Source of the DNA: Squalus acanthias
Taxonomy: Eukaryota
Assembly: GCA_030390025.1 (NCBI GenBank)
Contig: CM059428.1
Location: forward strand, 102,672,001 to 102,736,000
Direction of reading: 5' to 3'
DNA: 64,000 bases
In this document: positions 51,747-63,045 of the stretch, piece after piece
Numbering within the stretch: the stretch's first letter is position 1
Layout of the letters: every line of letters starts with the position of its first letter
Translations under genes and position numbers: made by a program
The notes under the pieces: model-generated
What the model saw: only the letters and a program-made list of their open reading frames with translations
Told to the model about the DNA's origin: nothing
The model's database searches: none

Positions 51747-52698
51747 TTAGTTTAAACCCTCCCCAACAGCACTAGCAAACACTCCGCCTAGGACATCGGT
51801 CCCGGCCCTGCCCAGGTGCAGACCGTCCCGTTTGTACTGGTCCCACCTCCCCCAGAACCGGTTCCAATGTCCAAGGAATTTGAATCCCTCCCCCTTGCAC
51901 CATTCCTCTGGCCACGTATTCATTTGAAATATCCTCCTATTTCTACTCTGACTAGCACGTGGCACTGGTAGCAATCCTGAGATTACTACCTTTGAGGTCC
52001 TCTTTTTTAATTTACCTCCTAACTCCCTATATTCTGCTTTTAGGACCTCATCCCGTTTTTTACCTATATCGTTGATGCCTATGTGCACCACGACAACTGG
52101 CTGTTCACCCTCCCCCTCCAAAGTGTTCTGTAGCCGCTCCGAGAGGTCCTTGACCCTTGCACCAGGGAGGCAACACACCATCCTGGAGTCTCGATTGCAG
52201 CCGCAGAAACGCCTATCTATTCCCCTTACAATTGAATCCCCTATCACTATAGCTCTTCCACACTTTTTCCTCCCAGCCTGTGCAGCAGAGCCACCCATGG
52301 TGTCAGGAAGTTGGCTGCTGCCGCCTTCCCCTGATAAGTCATCCCCCCCAACAGCATCCAAAGTGGTATATCTGTTTGAGAGGGGGATGGCCACAGGGGA
52401 CCCCTGCACTACCTGCCTGCACCTCTTACTCTGCCTGGTGGTCACCCATTCACTTCCTGCCTGTACACCCTTCACCTGCGGTGTGACCAACTCGCTAAAC
52501 GTGTTATTCACGATGTTCTCAGCATCACGAATGCTCCAATATACATCCATCCGCAGCTCCAGCGCCGCAATGCGGTCCGTCAGTAGCTGCAGCTAGATAC
52601 ATTTCCCACACACATGGTTGTCAGGGACACAGGAAGTGTCCCTGATTTCCCACATATTGCAGGAGGAGCACACCACGGCGCCGAGCTCTCCTGACATG
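51747..52698 (-). CDS. CR1 ORF1 (N-terminal zinc finger and SGNH/GDSL esterase domain)
   Basis: CSSC...CGKC at the N-terminus; IVIGDSIVRG, PGARV, HIGIND and DGLHL blocks. Confidence 0.88.
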
Positions 52699-53368
52699 AC
52701 TTACCCTTTAATTAATTAATTAAAATTAAACTAATTGAATCCCACCAATTTGACTTCAATTAAATGATATACTCAAGGGCCCTTGCTTAACAGCAGTCCC
52801 TGCTACACCACAGAGACTCTAGAAACTATAAACCACAGAATTTAAGTATGGAAAAAAGGAGAAAAAGAGAAATACTCACCAACCAATCACTTACCTGCTT
52901 TCTGGTGACGTCACACTTTGATTATTTTCTACTTCTCTCTCTCCCGCTCTCGGGGCTCAGATTGGTAAGCCTACCTGGTCGCTGCCGCCTTTTCTCAGCT
53001 CCGCCTTGCCGCAGCCGCTCCACCCAGGTCCGCAGCCTCTGTGGGCCTACCTGTTCGCCGCCGCCTTTTCTCAGCTCCGCCTCGCCGCAGCCGCTCCACC
53101 CAGGTCCGCAGCCTCTGCAGAACTGAATAACTCCTTTAATGGGAGCAGAACAGGTACAGGAGGAAGAGGAAATGAGAGAGGCAAACAGGAGAAGGTGTCA
53201 TGAAAGGAGAAGAAGACCAAGTAGGAGATACCTTCCATCAGAATCTATTGACCACAGCACTCCCTCGATCATGTCTCAGAAGAGGTCTGCTGAAGGAGGC
53301 AAGAAGGCATAGAAGGAGAAGCAAAATACTCCAAACAGTCCAACCCAGCATCATTCCAAAAGAACAGG

Positions 53369-55580
53369 AAAATACTGCGGATGCTGGAAATCTGAAATAA
53401 AAACAGAAAATGTTGGAAATACTCAGCAGGTCAGGCAGCATCTATGGAGAGAGAAACAGCGTTAACGGGCTGGATTTTGCGGAGCGGGGGGGGAGGTGGT
53501 CAGCGGGCGAGATCGGTGGCGGGTTGGGTAAGAAAGTGTTTTTTTTCTCCAGCGGGTTGGGACCCCGCTGTGAACCCGCTGCCCACGCGCTTTTACCAAA
53601 TGTTGGGTCTGTCAGCGCTAAGCAGACCCGACATGCAGCGGCGGGGAGGCAATTAAAGTAATTCGTGGCTTAATTACAGCCACTTATCAATGCCTTTTTC
53701 CCAGCATTTTGGATTTGACAGGTCGCACACCGGTTTCCCGTTGTGCCTAGACCTCGTCTGTGAAGCTGAGGCGGGAGGTCAGTGTCCATTGAATCAGCTG
53801 ATGAGTTAACAGCTTCAAATGTCAAGTCAAAGCTCCCAGCTGATTGAGAAATGTTCCCTTTACCACTAGCTTCTCTAAACTGCATTTCCACTAGAGATTC
53901 AGGATACTGCAAGTCTTTACACAAGTCTCCATCCAGTCTGACCTCATTACCTCGCCCACCATTGACAGATTGCTTCTATCATCTCTACTTCACCTGCCAT
54001 CTATTCCATCAGCATGGGTACCCTTGAAACTCTCTCACCTTGGTCCTCAGAATCCCACCACGATCAGCCCCAAAACCAGTATCACCAGGCACACCAGCAT
54101 CACCAGGCAAACCAGCAGCACCAGGCACACAAACAGCACCAACCACAACACCTTCTCTGCAATCAACTGATGCTGCACAGGACACAGGGCATCAGCACCC
54201 GAGCACATTGCAGCCCGGGAGGTCAGGGATGGCCTCACCATGGCCAGATTTACTTCACTTGATGCTGTACACCCTGGCTGCCACATGATGAGCCAGGTTG
54301 GCACCACCCCACACCAACACCATAAAGCATCCCTACAATGCCCAAGTGATTCCTTTCACACTCATCACCATTGCGGGGGGTACCGTTATGTCTCACCATT
54401 CACTGCAACTCACTAAGCCACTTCCAAAGGTGCACACAAATCTGTCCAAGAACACAAAGTGTTGAAAATATAGGTTTCAATGTTTGACACCACATTAACA
54501 GAAACTTAACATGAACATTGCATAAAACACCCAAGTGCCTACCATTGTGTGTTGTTAGTTGGTATGATTGCACTAGGATGAAGGTGAGGGTGAGGGGTGG
54601 CTAGTGAGATGGGGAAGTGATAATGTAGATAGAGAGGGATGGGTGGAGGTGCAAGGTAAGTTGGTGTGAGTAAGGATGTGCAGGAGTAGGGTAGGGAAGG
54701 CAGAGTGATGGGGATGTGATGAGAGGCACAGCAGGATGAGGTTGAGTGTGGCTTTGTACTAACGTTTCATGATCTACTGAGATCATTGAAACATTTGCGG
54801 CACTGCAGCCTGGTCCTCCTGACCACAAACCTGCTTGTGCCCTCCTCTGCAATGTGCAACCAGGCTGTGTTGATCTCCTAGGGAGGTCTCTTCCACTCAT
54901 GGGAAGAGAAGCGGACCTCCCTGTGTGCTCTGACTCCCTCCATAAGCATATGGAGGGAGTCATGGGAGAGCCTGGGTGCAGCCGTGCACCTCTGTGCAGT
55001 GCTTGTCAGTGTTTGTAGCACCTCAATGCTGTAGAACACTGACAGCACAAATGTCAAAAGAAAGTTGGACATGGTCCCTTTAAGGAAACCGGCTGATGAC
55101 GCGTCATCAAATGACGTCACCAGACCCGCTTCCTCTAATTGGCCGGGAAACACGCTGGGCGGGCTTAACAAACCCAATCACGGTAAATTAATTTCAGATG
55201 CCGGGATGGAGACAGCAGCGTGGTCGGGACCTGCCATCGACGTTGCCCACCACGGACCCGCCTGAGGTTCGTAAAATCCAGCCCATAGTTTCAGGTCAAT
55301 GACCTTTTGTCAGAACTGGCATAAGTTAGAGATGTAACAGGTTTTAAGCAAGTACAGAGGCAGGGAAAGGGGGGGGAGGAAAGAACTAAAGGGAAGAGCT
55401 GTGATAGGGTAGAAGACAGGAGTGATTAAATGGCAAAAGGGATGTTGGTGCGAGGCAAAAGGGAGTGATAATGGGTCAGGAAAAAAAACCAAAAGATGGG
55501 TTTAGAGGAGCTGCAAATGGCAACAACAGAGTCATTACCAACAACTGCTGTCAGAAAAAATGGGAGCAGTGGTTATGATC
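53369..55580 (-). mobile_element. Penelope-like 3' end (pLTR) split by a Harbinger derivative
   Basis: After removing the insert the minus strand reads CTGACAAAAGGTCATTGACCTGAAAC|GTTAAC...AGATGCTGCCTGACCTGCTGAGTATTTCCAACATTTTCTGTTTTTATTTCAG, a Penelope-type terminus. Confidence 0.7.
53467..55284 (+). mobile_element. Internally deleted Harbinger (transposase 5' part and Myb exon 1)
   Basis: Perfect TIR GGGCTGGATTTT / AAAATCCAGCCC. Q/H-rich transposase N-terminus at 54014-54262; minus-strand APRLSHDSLHMLMEGV...QCRKCFNDL at about 54770-55000. Confidence 0.85.
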
Positions 55581-56507
55581 TTGTATGATTATCATGGATT
55601 AGTTGATTTGTAGGATACTTGTTTTAATATCTTATAATCATCAGTATCTTATAATCATCAGTAATGGATTTATAATCGTGTGTAAGAATTAAATGTCTAT
55701 AATCATCAATTGTATGCAATGATAACCTGAATTATATATGACATGTAACCCTTTGGCTTATAATTAAAAGTCTGTGAGTAAGCTGTAACCAGACAGACTG
55801 GGGTGAGAAAAAATATTGCTGCAGTTGAATAGTGAGACTGTGGGTGAAAGTTGGATATTAGCCAACAATAAGGATGAGACATAGAGGGCAGCTCGCCTGG
55901 GAAGCAAAGTCGGGTGTAGCTACCACTGTGTTGGAATGTTATAATATCTGCAGTGAATTAAAAACATGGCCTTTCGCAGCAAACAGCAAGGACCCATATC
56001 TCTACACTGGAGACATGTTCCTTTTGTGTTGCCATAACTACCCCAGATATAACTCTTGATGGTCAAAAACAGATGATGTCAGGGTGTCATCAGACTAAAA
56101 ACATGCGTAAGCCAAGGTGCTGCAGACGTGGCATCTTTATGATTGGATTTTGGGTTTTGGGTGTAAGCCAGTGATTGGTTCAGTAAGATTCCATAGGTTT
56201 TGAATGAGAGTAAGGGTATAGGAAGGGGTCTTAACAGTCACAAAGTGTGGAAGATTTCAGAAGTAGAAGATTTCATAAAGAGTAGAAGACCTCAGGAAGA
56301 ATCAAGGAGACAGCCAGGAGACAAAGGGAGAGACAAGAGTCAAGAGACAAGAGACACAGGGTGCAGCTTACTCACAGTTGCGGCTTCTACCCAGAGTATA
56401 AGGGGTAATATAAGTCTCAGTTATTCTCTGTAAACTGCTGCTCAAATACTGCAATGTATTCAGTCTTGCTTCTGCTGAATAAAGTTAAATCACTGCCCCC
56501 AATGTGG

Positions 56508-56925
56508 GGCAGAGCGAGGCCCGAGAGCGGAGGCAGCAGACCTGAGAGGGAGCGAGAGCGGAGCCTGAGGATATAAAGAGCGCGGCAGAGCGAGGCCCGA
56601 GAGCGGAGGCAGCGGACCTGAGAGGGAGCGAGAGCAGAGCCTGAGGATATAAAGAGCACGGCAGAGCGAGGCCCGAGAGTGGAGGCAGCGGACCTGAGAG
56701 GGAGCGAGAGCGGAGCCTGAGAATATAAAGAGCACGGCAGAGCGAGGCCCGAGAGTGGAGGCAGCGGACCTGAGAGGGAGTGAGAGCAGAGCCTGAGGAT
56801 ATAAAGAGCGTGGCAGAGCAAGGCCCGAGAGCGGAGGCAGCGGACCTGAGAGGGAGCGAGAGCGGAGCCTGAGGATATAAAGAGCGCGGCAGAGCGAGGC
56901 CCGAGAGCGGAGGCAGCGGACCTGA
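56508..56925 (+). repeat. 76-bp tandem monomers (about 5.5 copies) forming the CR1 5'UTR; each full monomer carries a TATA box
   Basis: AGAGCGAGGCCC recurs at 56511, 56587, 56663, 56739, 56815 (variant) and 56891; each full unit contains ATATAAAGA. Confidence 0.95.
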
Positions 56926-57152
56926 CAACAAAAACAAGGAGTGACGTCAGAGGAAAGCAGGGAAGTGATTGGTTGGTCAGTATTTCTCTCTTTATCTTGG
57001 GCATTGGTTTAAATTAAGAGCCGGGATTAAAATCTAAACGTTCAGAAAGAGGGAGCTGATTGGTGAGTATCTGGTAAGTGTTTTTGCTTGGCTTTCTTAA
57101 AGTTTTTAAGTTTATTCCAGCTAGGTTAGTAAATAGTCTGTTAATTAGAGGT

Positions 57153-58099
57153 ATGGCAGGGCAGCTCACACCCATGGAATGCACATCCTGTGCCATGTGG
57201 GAAGTCCTGGACACCTCCCGTGGTCTGGACGACCACATGTGCGGGAAGTGTCGCCAGCTACAGCAGCTCAAGCACCGGGTTATGGAGCTTGAGCGGCAGC
57301 TGCAGTCACTGCTGTGCATCTGCAAGGCTGAGAGCTACGTGGATAGCACGTTTCGGGAGGTGATCACCCCGCAGCTTAAGAGTGTGCAGGCAGAGAGGGA
57401 ATGGGTGACCGTCAGACAGAAGAGGACCAGGCAGGTAGTGCAGGAGTCCCCTGAGCCCATCTTGCTCACCAACCAGTTTTCGGTGCTGAGTACTGGTGAG
57501 GGCGATGGTTCCTCTGGGGAGTGCAGCCAGAGCCAAGTCCATAGCACCATGGAAGGCTCAGCTGCACAGGCGGGGGGGAAGCGGAGAGGGAGAGCAATAG
57601 TGATAGGGGATTCAATAGTTAGGGGAGCAGACAGGTGTTTCTGCGGCCGCAGACGTGACTCCAGGATGGTATGTTGCCTCCCTGGTTCCAGGGTCAAGGA
57701 TGTCACTGAACGGCTGCAGGGCATTCTGAGGGGGGAGGGTGAACAGCCAGAGGTCGCGGTCCATTCGGTACCAACGACATAGGTAGGAAGAGGGATGAGG
57801 TCCTGCAGGCAGAGTTTAGGGAGCTAGGAAAGAGGTTAAAAAGCAGGACCTCAAAGGTAGTAATCTCCGGATTACTACCAGTGCCACGTTCCAGTGAGTA
57901 CAGAAATAGGAAGATAGAGCAGATGAATGTATGGCTGGAGAGATGGTGTAGGAGGGAGGGCTTTAGATTCCTGAGGAATTGGAACCGTTTCTGGGGGAGG
58001 TGGGACCTCTACAAGCCAGACGGGTTGCACCTCAATGGGAATGGGACCAATATCCTCATGGGAGGGTTTGCTAGTGTTGTTGGGGAGGGTTTAAACTAG
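57153..58099 (+). pseudogene. CR1 ORF1 (zinc finger, coiled coil, SGNH esterase), one frameshift at about 57765
   Basis: MAGQLTPMECTSCAMW...CGKC, VIGDSIVRG and DGLHLN. Confidence 0.9.
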
Positions 58100-58158
58100 C
58101 TTGGCAGGGGGATGGGAACCTAAGTATAGAGTCAATAGGGAGTGAAGAAAAACTGGAA

Positions 58159-61039
58159 TTGGAAAACAAAAACGTAGAAAGTAAATTGGAAGGACGGAGG
58201 AATCAAGGGCTAGATAGCAGTCAACAAGGAGGTTTGCCTGTACTAAATGGTATATACTTCAATGCAAGGAGTATAGCGAACAAGGCAGATGAGCTGAGGG
58301 CACAGGTAGATACTTGGGACTATGATATTATAGCTATTACAGAGACGTGGCTGAAAGAGGGGCAGGTATGGCAGCTCAACATTCCTGGTTACAGGATTTT
58401 CAGACGGGATAGAGAGGGAGGTAAAAAGGGAGGGGAGGTCGCGGTATTGATTAAAGAAACTATTACAGCTGTCAGGAGGGATGATATGGTGAAGGGATCA
58501 TCAAACGAGGCCATATGGGTCGAATTGAAAAACAAAAAAGGGGCGATCACACTGCTGGGAGTGTACTACAGACCCCCAAACAGTGAGAGGGAGATAGAAG
58601 AGCAAATATGCAGACAAATTTTTGAGAAGTGCAAAAACTATAGGGCAGTAATAGTAGGGGATTTCAACTACCCCAACATTAACTGGGATAAAATTAGTGT
58701 GAAGGGTATAGAGGGTGCGGAATTCCTAAAATGCATCCAGGAGAACTTTTTTCGCCAGTATGTAGCAAGCCCAACAAGGGAGGGGGTGGTTCTGGACTTA
58801 GTTTTAGGGAATGAAGCTGGGCAGGTAGAAGGCGTATCAGTGGGGGAGCATTTTGGTGCTAGTGACCATAATTCTGTTAGATTTAAGGTAGTTATTGAAA
58901 AGGACAAGGATAGATCAGGAATAAAAATTCTAAATTGGGGAAAAGCAAATTTTGCTAAGCTCAGAGTGGATTTAGCCATAGTGGACTGGAAACAGCTACT
59001 TGAAGGTAAATCAGTGTCAGAGCAGTGGGAGGCATTCAAGGAGGAGATCCGGAGGGTTCAGACCAAATATGTGCCCTTAAAGAAAAAAGGTGGGACTAAC
59101 AAATCTAGAGCCCCCTGGATGTCGCGGGACATACAGGGTAGGATAAAGAAAAAAAGGGAGATGTATGACAGATACCGAGGGCTAAATACTCCAGAATCTT
59201 TAGAGGAGTACAGAAAGTGCAGGGGTGCAATTAAAAAGGATATTAGGAAAGCAAAGAGAGAGCATGAAAAATTCTTGGCAAGTAAAATCAAGGAAAACCC
59301 AAAGATGTTTTATAAATATATTAAGAGTAAGAGGATAACTAAAGAAAGGGTAGGGCCTATTAGAGATCATGAGGGTAATCTGTGTGTGGAGGCGGGGGAC
59401 GTCGGTAGGGTTCTTAATAAATACTTTGCGTCTGTTTTCACAAAGGACAGGGGCGAAGCAGACATTGCTATCGGGGAAGGAGTGTGAAATATTAGATGAA
59501 ATAAACATAGTGAGAGAGGAAGTATTAAGGGGTTTATCAGCTTTAAAAGTGGATAAATCCCCAGGCCCGGATGAAATGTATCCCAGGCTGTTAAGCGAAG
59601 CAAAAGAGGAAATAGCAGAGGCCCTGACCATCATTTTTCAATCCTCTCTGGCTTCAGGTGTGGTGCCGGAGGACTGGAGGACTGCTAATGTGGTACCCTT
59701 GTTTAAAAAGGGAGAAAAGGATAGACCGAGTAATTACAGGCCAGTCAGCCTAACCTCGGTGGAAGGAAAATTATTGGAAAGAATTCTGAAGGACAGGATA
59801 AATCTTCATTTAGAAAGACACGGAATAATGAAGGATAGTCAGCACGGATTTGTTAAGGGAAGGTCGTGTCTGACAAACTTGATTGAATTTTTTGAGGAGG
59901 TAACAAGGAGTGTAGATGAGGGTAGTGCATTTGATGCAGTTTATATGGACTTTAGCAAGGCTTTTGATAAGGTTCCACATGGCAGACTGGTCACGAAGTT
60001 AAAAGCCCATGGGATCCAGGGCAAAGTGTCAAGTTGGATTCAAAACTGGCTCGGAGACAGGAAGCAGAGGGTAATGGTTGATGGGAGTTTTTGTGACTGG
60101 AAGGCTGTTTCCAGTGGGGTTCCGCAGGGCTCAGTACTAGGTCCCTTGCTTTTTGTGCTTTATATCAATGATCTAGACTTGAATATAGGGGGTATGATTA
60201 AGAAGTTTGCAGATGATACTAAAATTGGCTGTGTGGTTGATACTGAAGAAGGAAGCTGTAGACTGCAGGAAGATATCAATAACTTGGTCAGGTGGGCAGA
60301 ACAGTGGCAAATGGAATTCAATCCAGAGAAGTGTGAGGTAATGCATTTGGGGAGGGCTAACAAGGAAAGGGAATACACATTAAATGGTAGGACATTGAAT
60401 AGTGCAGAGGAACAAAGGGACCTTGGAGTGCATGTCCACAGATCCCTGAAGGTAGCAGGCCAGGTAGATAAGGTGGTTAAGAAGGCATACGGAATGCTTG
60501 TCTTTATTAGCCGTGGCATAGAATACAAGAGCAGGGGGGTTAAGCTTCAACTGTATAAAACACTAGTTAGGCCTCAGCTAGAGTACTGCATGCAGTTCTG
60601 GTCACCACATTACAGGAACGATGTGATGGCACTAGAGAGGGTACAGAGGAGATTTACAAGGATGTTGCCAGGAGTAGAGAATCTTAGCTATGAGGAAAGA
60701 CTGGATAGGCTGGGTCTGTTTTCCTTGGAACAGAGGAGGCTGAGAGGAGACCTTATTGAGGTGTATAAAATTATGAGGGGCATAGATAAAGTGGATAGAA
60801 AGGACCTATTTCCCTTAGCAGAGGGGTCAAAAACCAGGGGGCACAGATTTAAAGTAATTAGTGGAAGGTTTAGATGGGATTTGAGGGGATATTTCTTCAC
60901 CCAGAGGGTTGTGGGGGTCTGGAACTCACTGCCTGCAAGGGTGGTAGAGGCAGGAACCCTAACCACATTTAAAAAGTACTTGGATGTGCACTTGGGATGC
61001 TGTAACCTGCAGGGCTACAGACCAAGAGGTGGGAAGTGA
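58159..61039 (+). pseudogene. CR1 ORF2 (APE and RT), single frameshift at about 59480
   Basis: Two long overlapping ORFs (442 aa and 556 aa) carrying all endonuclease and RT motifs. Confidence 0.93.
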
Positions 61040-61168
61040 GATTAGGCTGGATAGCTCTTTGTTGGACGGCGCGGACACGATGGGCCGAAATGACCTCCTT
61101 CCGTGCTGTAACTTTCTATGACTCTATGAATCATTTTGAACCATGGGTCCCTCTGGGATCCTATAAAT

Positions 61169-61186
61169 TGGCGAGCTTAGCCAGGG
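61169..61186 (+). promoter_or_regulatory. Primer-binding site, tRNA-Arg(ACG)-like
   Basis: TGGCGAGCTTAGCCAGGG lies 3 nt after the LTR end; imperfect match to TGGCGAGCCAGCCAGGAG. Confidence 0.65.
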
Positions 61187-61205
61187 TGATTCTTTTATAA
61201 ACTAA

Positions 61206-62099
61206 GGGGGAAAAATTCAGTTGGTTGCGCCTCCCGTTAGCGCCTTAAGAGGGCGCTAATGGGGCGCAAAGCAACTAGCGCCCGGGCGCGGCGATGTTTG
61301 CGCCGCTCGCGAAATTAACTAGACATTTTGCGGCAGCGCTAAACACTACCGCCACGATCTCCTGCGCCGGCAGATCGTGACGTCAGTTGAGTGTGTAACA
61401 CCCCGGTAGCGCCCCGGAGCGGATATTGAGTGGCGCCCCCCTGCCTTACCGCCTGCCGCTAGCAACGAGAGGTTGAGGGGAGCGTTTAGCAGTCAGGAAG
61501 GGACTGGGGAAGCGCTATTTAAAGGCGACTGCTTCCTGCCTTTTTTTATTGGCGACATTTTTGAACCACGCATTCTGAGAGAGACAGAGAGTGACTTCTG
61601 GAGAGATTCAACGCTGTGTGAAGGAGTTTTGGGTACTGAGCAGCACTTTGCAGGTTCATTTTGATTTGCCCTTCCTTGTATCGATTTAGAAGAGACTGTG
61701 GGGGCTGCACTGTGAGCTCTTTCCGTGGGCCTCTCCATTGTTATTTCCAGCAGATTTGATGTACAGGTCTCTCCAGGCTGAGATTCAAGGCTGCAATAAG
61801 CAGGATGTGGATGGAAAGCACGATCAACCCTCCCCTTTAAGAACTGGCCGGGGCCATTGTGTGTGTGTTCCATTGCTGACTGACATCTCATGAGCTTCGC
61901 CAGCGCTCTGAGGTAGCGCCTCGCTCCTCGGCCTTTGTGCCTTAAGACAGATGTGTAGCGCCTGATTTAGCGCTCCAATCACCTCCAGGGGCGATAAAAG
62001 TCAAGTTTGCAGTCGGTGGCGATAATTAGTGCCAGGCGCTAATCTTTGCGCCCGGCCGATAATTGCGCCCCAAACGGGGCGATACTGAATTTTTCCCCC
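61206..62099 (+). mobile_element. Harbinger MITE, deletion derivative of the 14925-21612 family
   Basis: TIRs GGGGGAAAAATTCAGT / ACTGAATTTTTCCCCC; TSD TAA at 61203-61205 and 62100-62102. The left ~500 bp and right ~270 bp align by eye to the ends of the full element. Confidence 0.93.
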
Positions 62100-62102
62100 T
62101 AA

Positions 62103-63045
62103 GTTCCTAGGACTGGTGTGGTTTGTGCAACCTCGTCAGTTAAGGAAGCAAATCCCTCGGGGGTGGGGTGCGGGGGGCGGGGGGTAGCTCATTGCCACAA
62201 GTAATAACAAGTTAGCAGAAATGGCGGGCTTGACAGAAGTTGAACATGACAGGGATAAAGAGTTTGGAAAATTAAGTGTAACTGATTTAGCATCGTTTCT
62301 GATGAGTCCAGAAGGCGACTCACATCAGAATTTCTGTGCGCAGCATAGTGAAGTAAGAGAAAGGAAACATTTAGAAGCACAAAGAATAAGAGAAGGGGAA
62401 TATTTGGAAACACAAAAAATAATAGAGAGGGAGAAATAATACCTGCAGCTAGAAACCAGGAATCTGGGAACTCAGCAAATGAAGGGAAAAGAACAGGGAG
62501 AATCAAAAGAAGCTGTGGAGACGACTGTCCAAAAGGCGGAAAAAAGAAACGTAAAGTTGAAACCATGACAAGCTGCCAGCTTCTGTGCCGAGAAAAATAA
62601 CACACGCGAATTACCGAGTGAAAGGAGCCTTAAAGGATGTTGGAATTTCAGTTGTGTGAAAGTGTGCGTTAAAGTGTGGAAGTTTTCCTGACTATGAATG
62701 TTTAAGAAGTTACAGCATTCCTTTTGTCTGAAAGTCTGTCTTTAAAAAAAGTGTCTGTTATGTTTGTTTTAGCTCCACTCACTTTTCTGTGCACAGAGCT
62801 AAAAGCCATTTAACCCTTTGTAGTCGTGTCTTGCTGAAGGGATAATTACAAGTCGTAGCACTTTTCGGGCTACCCCAGATCAGACGTATTCCCCAGACGT
62901 TCACCTTCAACTAAAGTTAAAGATAGCCGAATGCTATAAGCTGCTTAATTGGGTCTAAAGGTCAGACTACCTCTCCCTAAAGGAAAGGAACGACGTGAAG
63001 ATGTTACCGTCTTCCGGATAGCACTTTTAATAAGTTTAATTAGAC
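62103..63045 (+). mobile_element. Probable ERV leader/internal region
   Basis: Continues directly from the PBS once the MITE is removed; no gag is recognisable. Confidence 0.45.

Larger units (their letters stand above)
47931..53117 (-). mobile_element. Near full-length CR1 LINE (5' monomers, ORF1 and ORF2) with a nested MITE
   Basis: (TTTCTATG)n tail at 47931-47953; complete APE-RT ORF2 in three pieces; esterase ORF1; 76-bp 5' repeats at about 52984-53117; probable TSD CTG(T/C)AGAA. Confidence 0.95.
45220..53360 (+). mobile_element. Very old Harbinger remnants hosting younger CR1 insertions
   Basis: GCCATTGACTGCACCCAGGTG (AIDCT.V) at about 45315, QCRRRFNDL-like Myb sequence at about 46650, and transposase C-terminal-like sequence on both sides of the CR1 at 47931-53117. 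Confidence 0.55.
56493..61128 (+). mobile_element. Near full-length CR1 LINE
   Basis: TSD AATCA at 56488-56492 and 61129-61133; 5' monomer array; ORF1 and ORF2; CTATGACTCTATG tail. Confidence 0.95.
55609..61165 (+). mobile_element. ERV 5' LTR (55609-56492 plus 61129-61165) interrupted by a full-length CR1
   Basis: TGTAGGAT...ATCCTATA near-inverted termini, AATAAA at about 56478, and a PBS immediately downstream. Confidence 0.75.

Noticed and set aside
56417-57004. 195-aa and 150-aa repetitive minus-strand ORFs
   Set aside because: They are antisense read-through of the 76-bp monomers, whose length is not a multiple of three.
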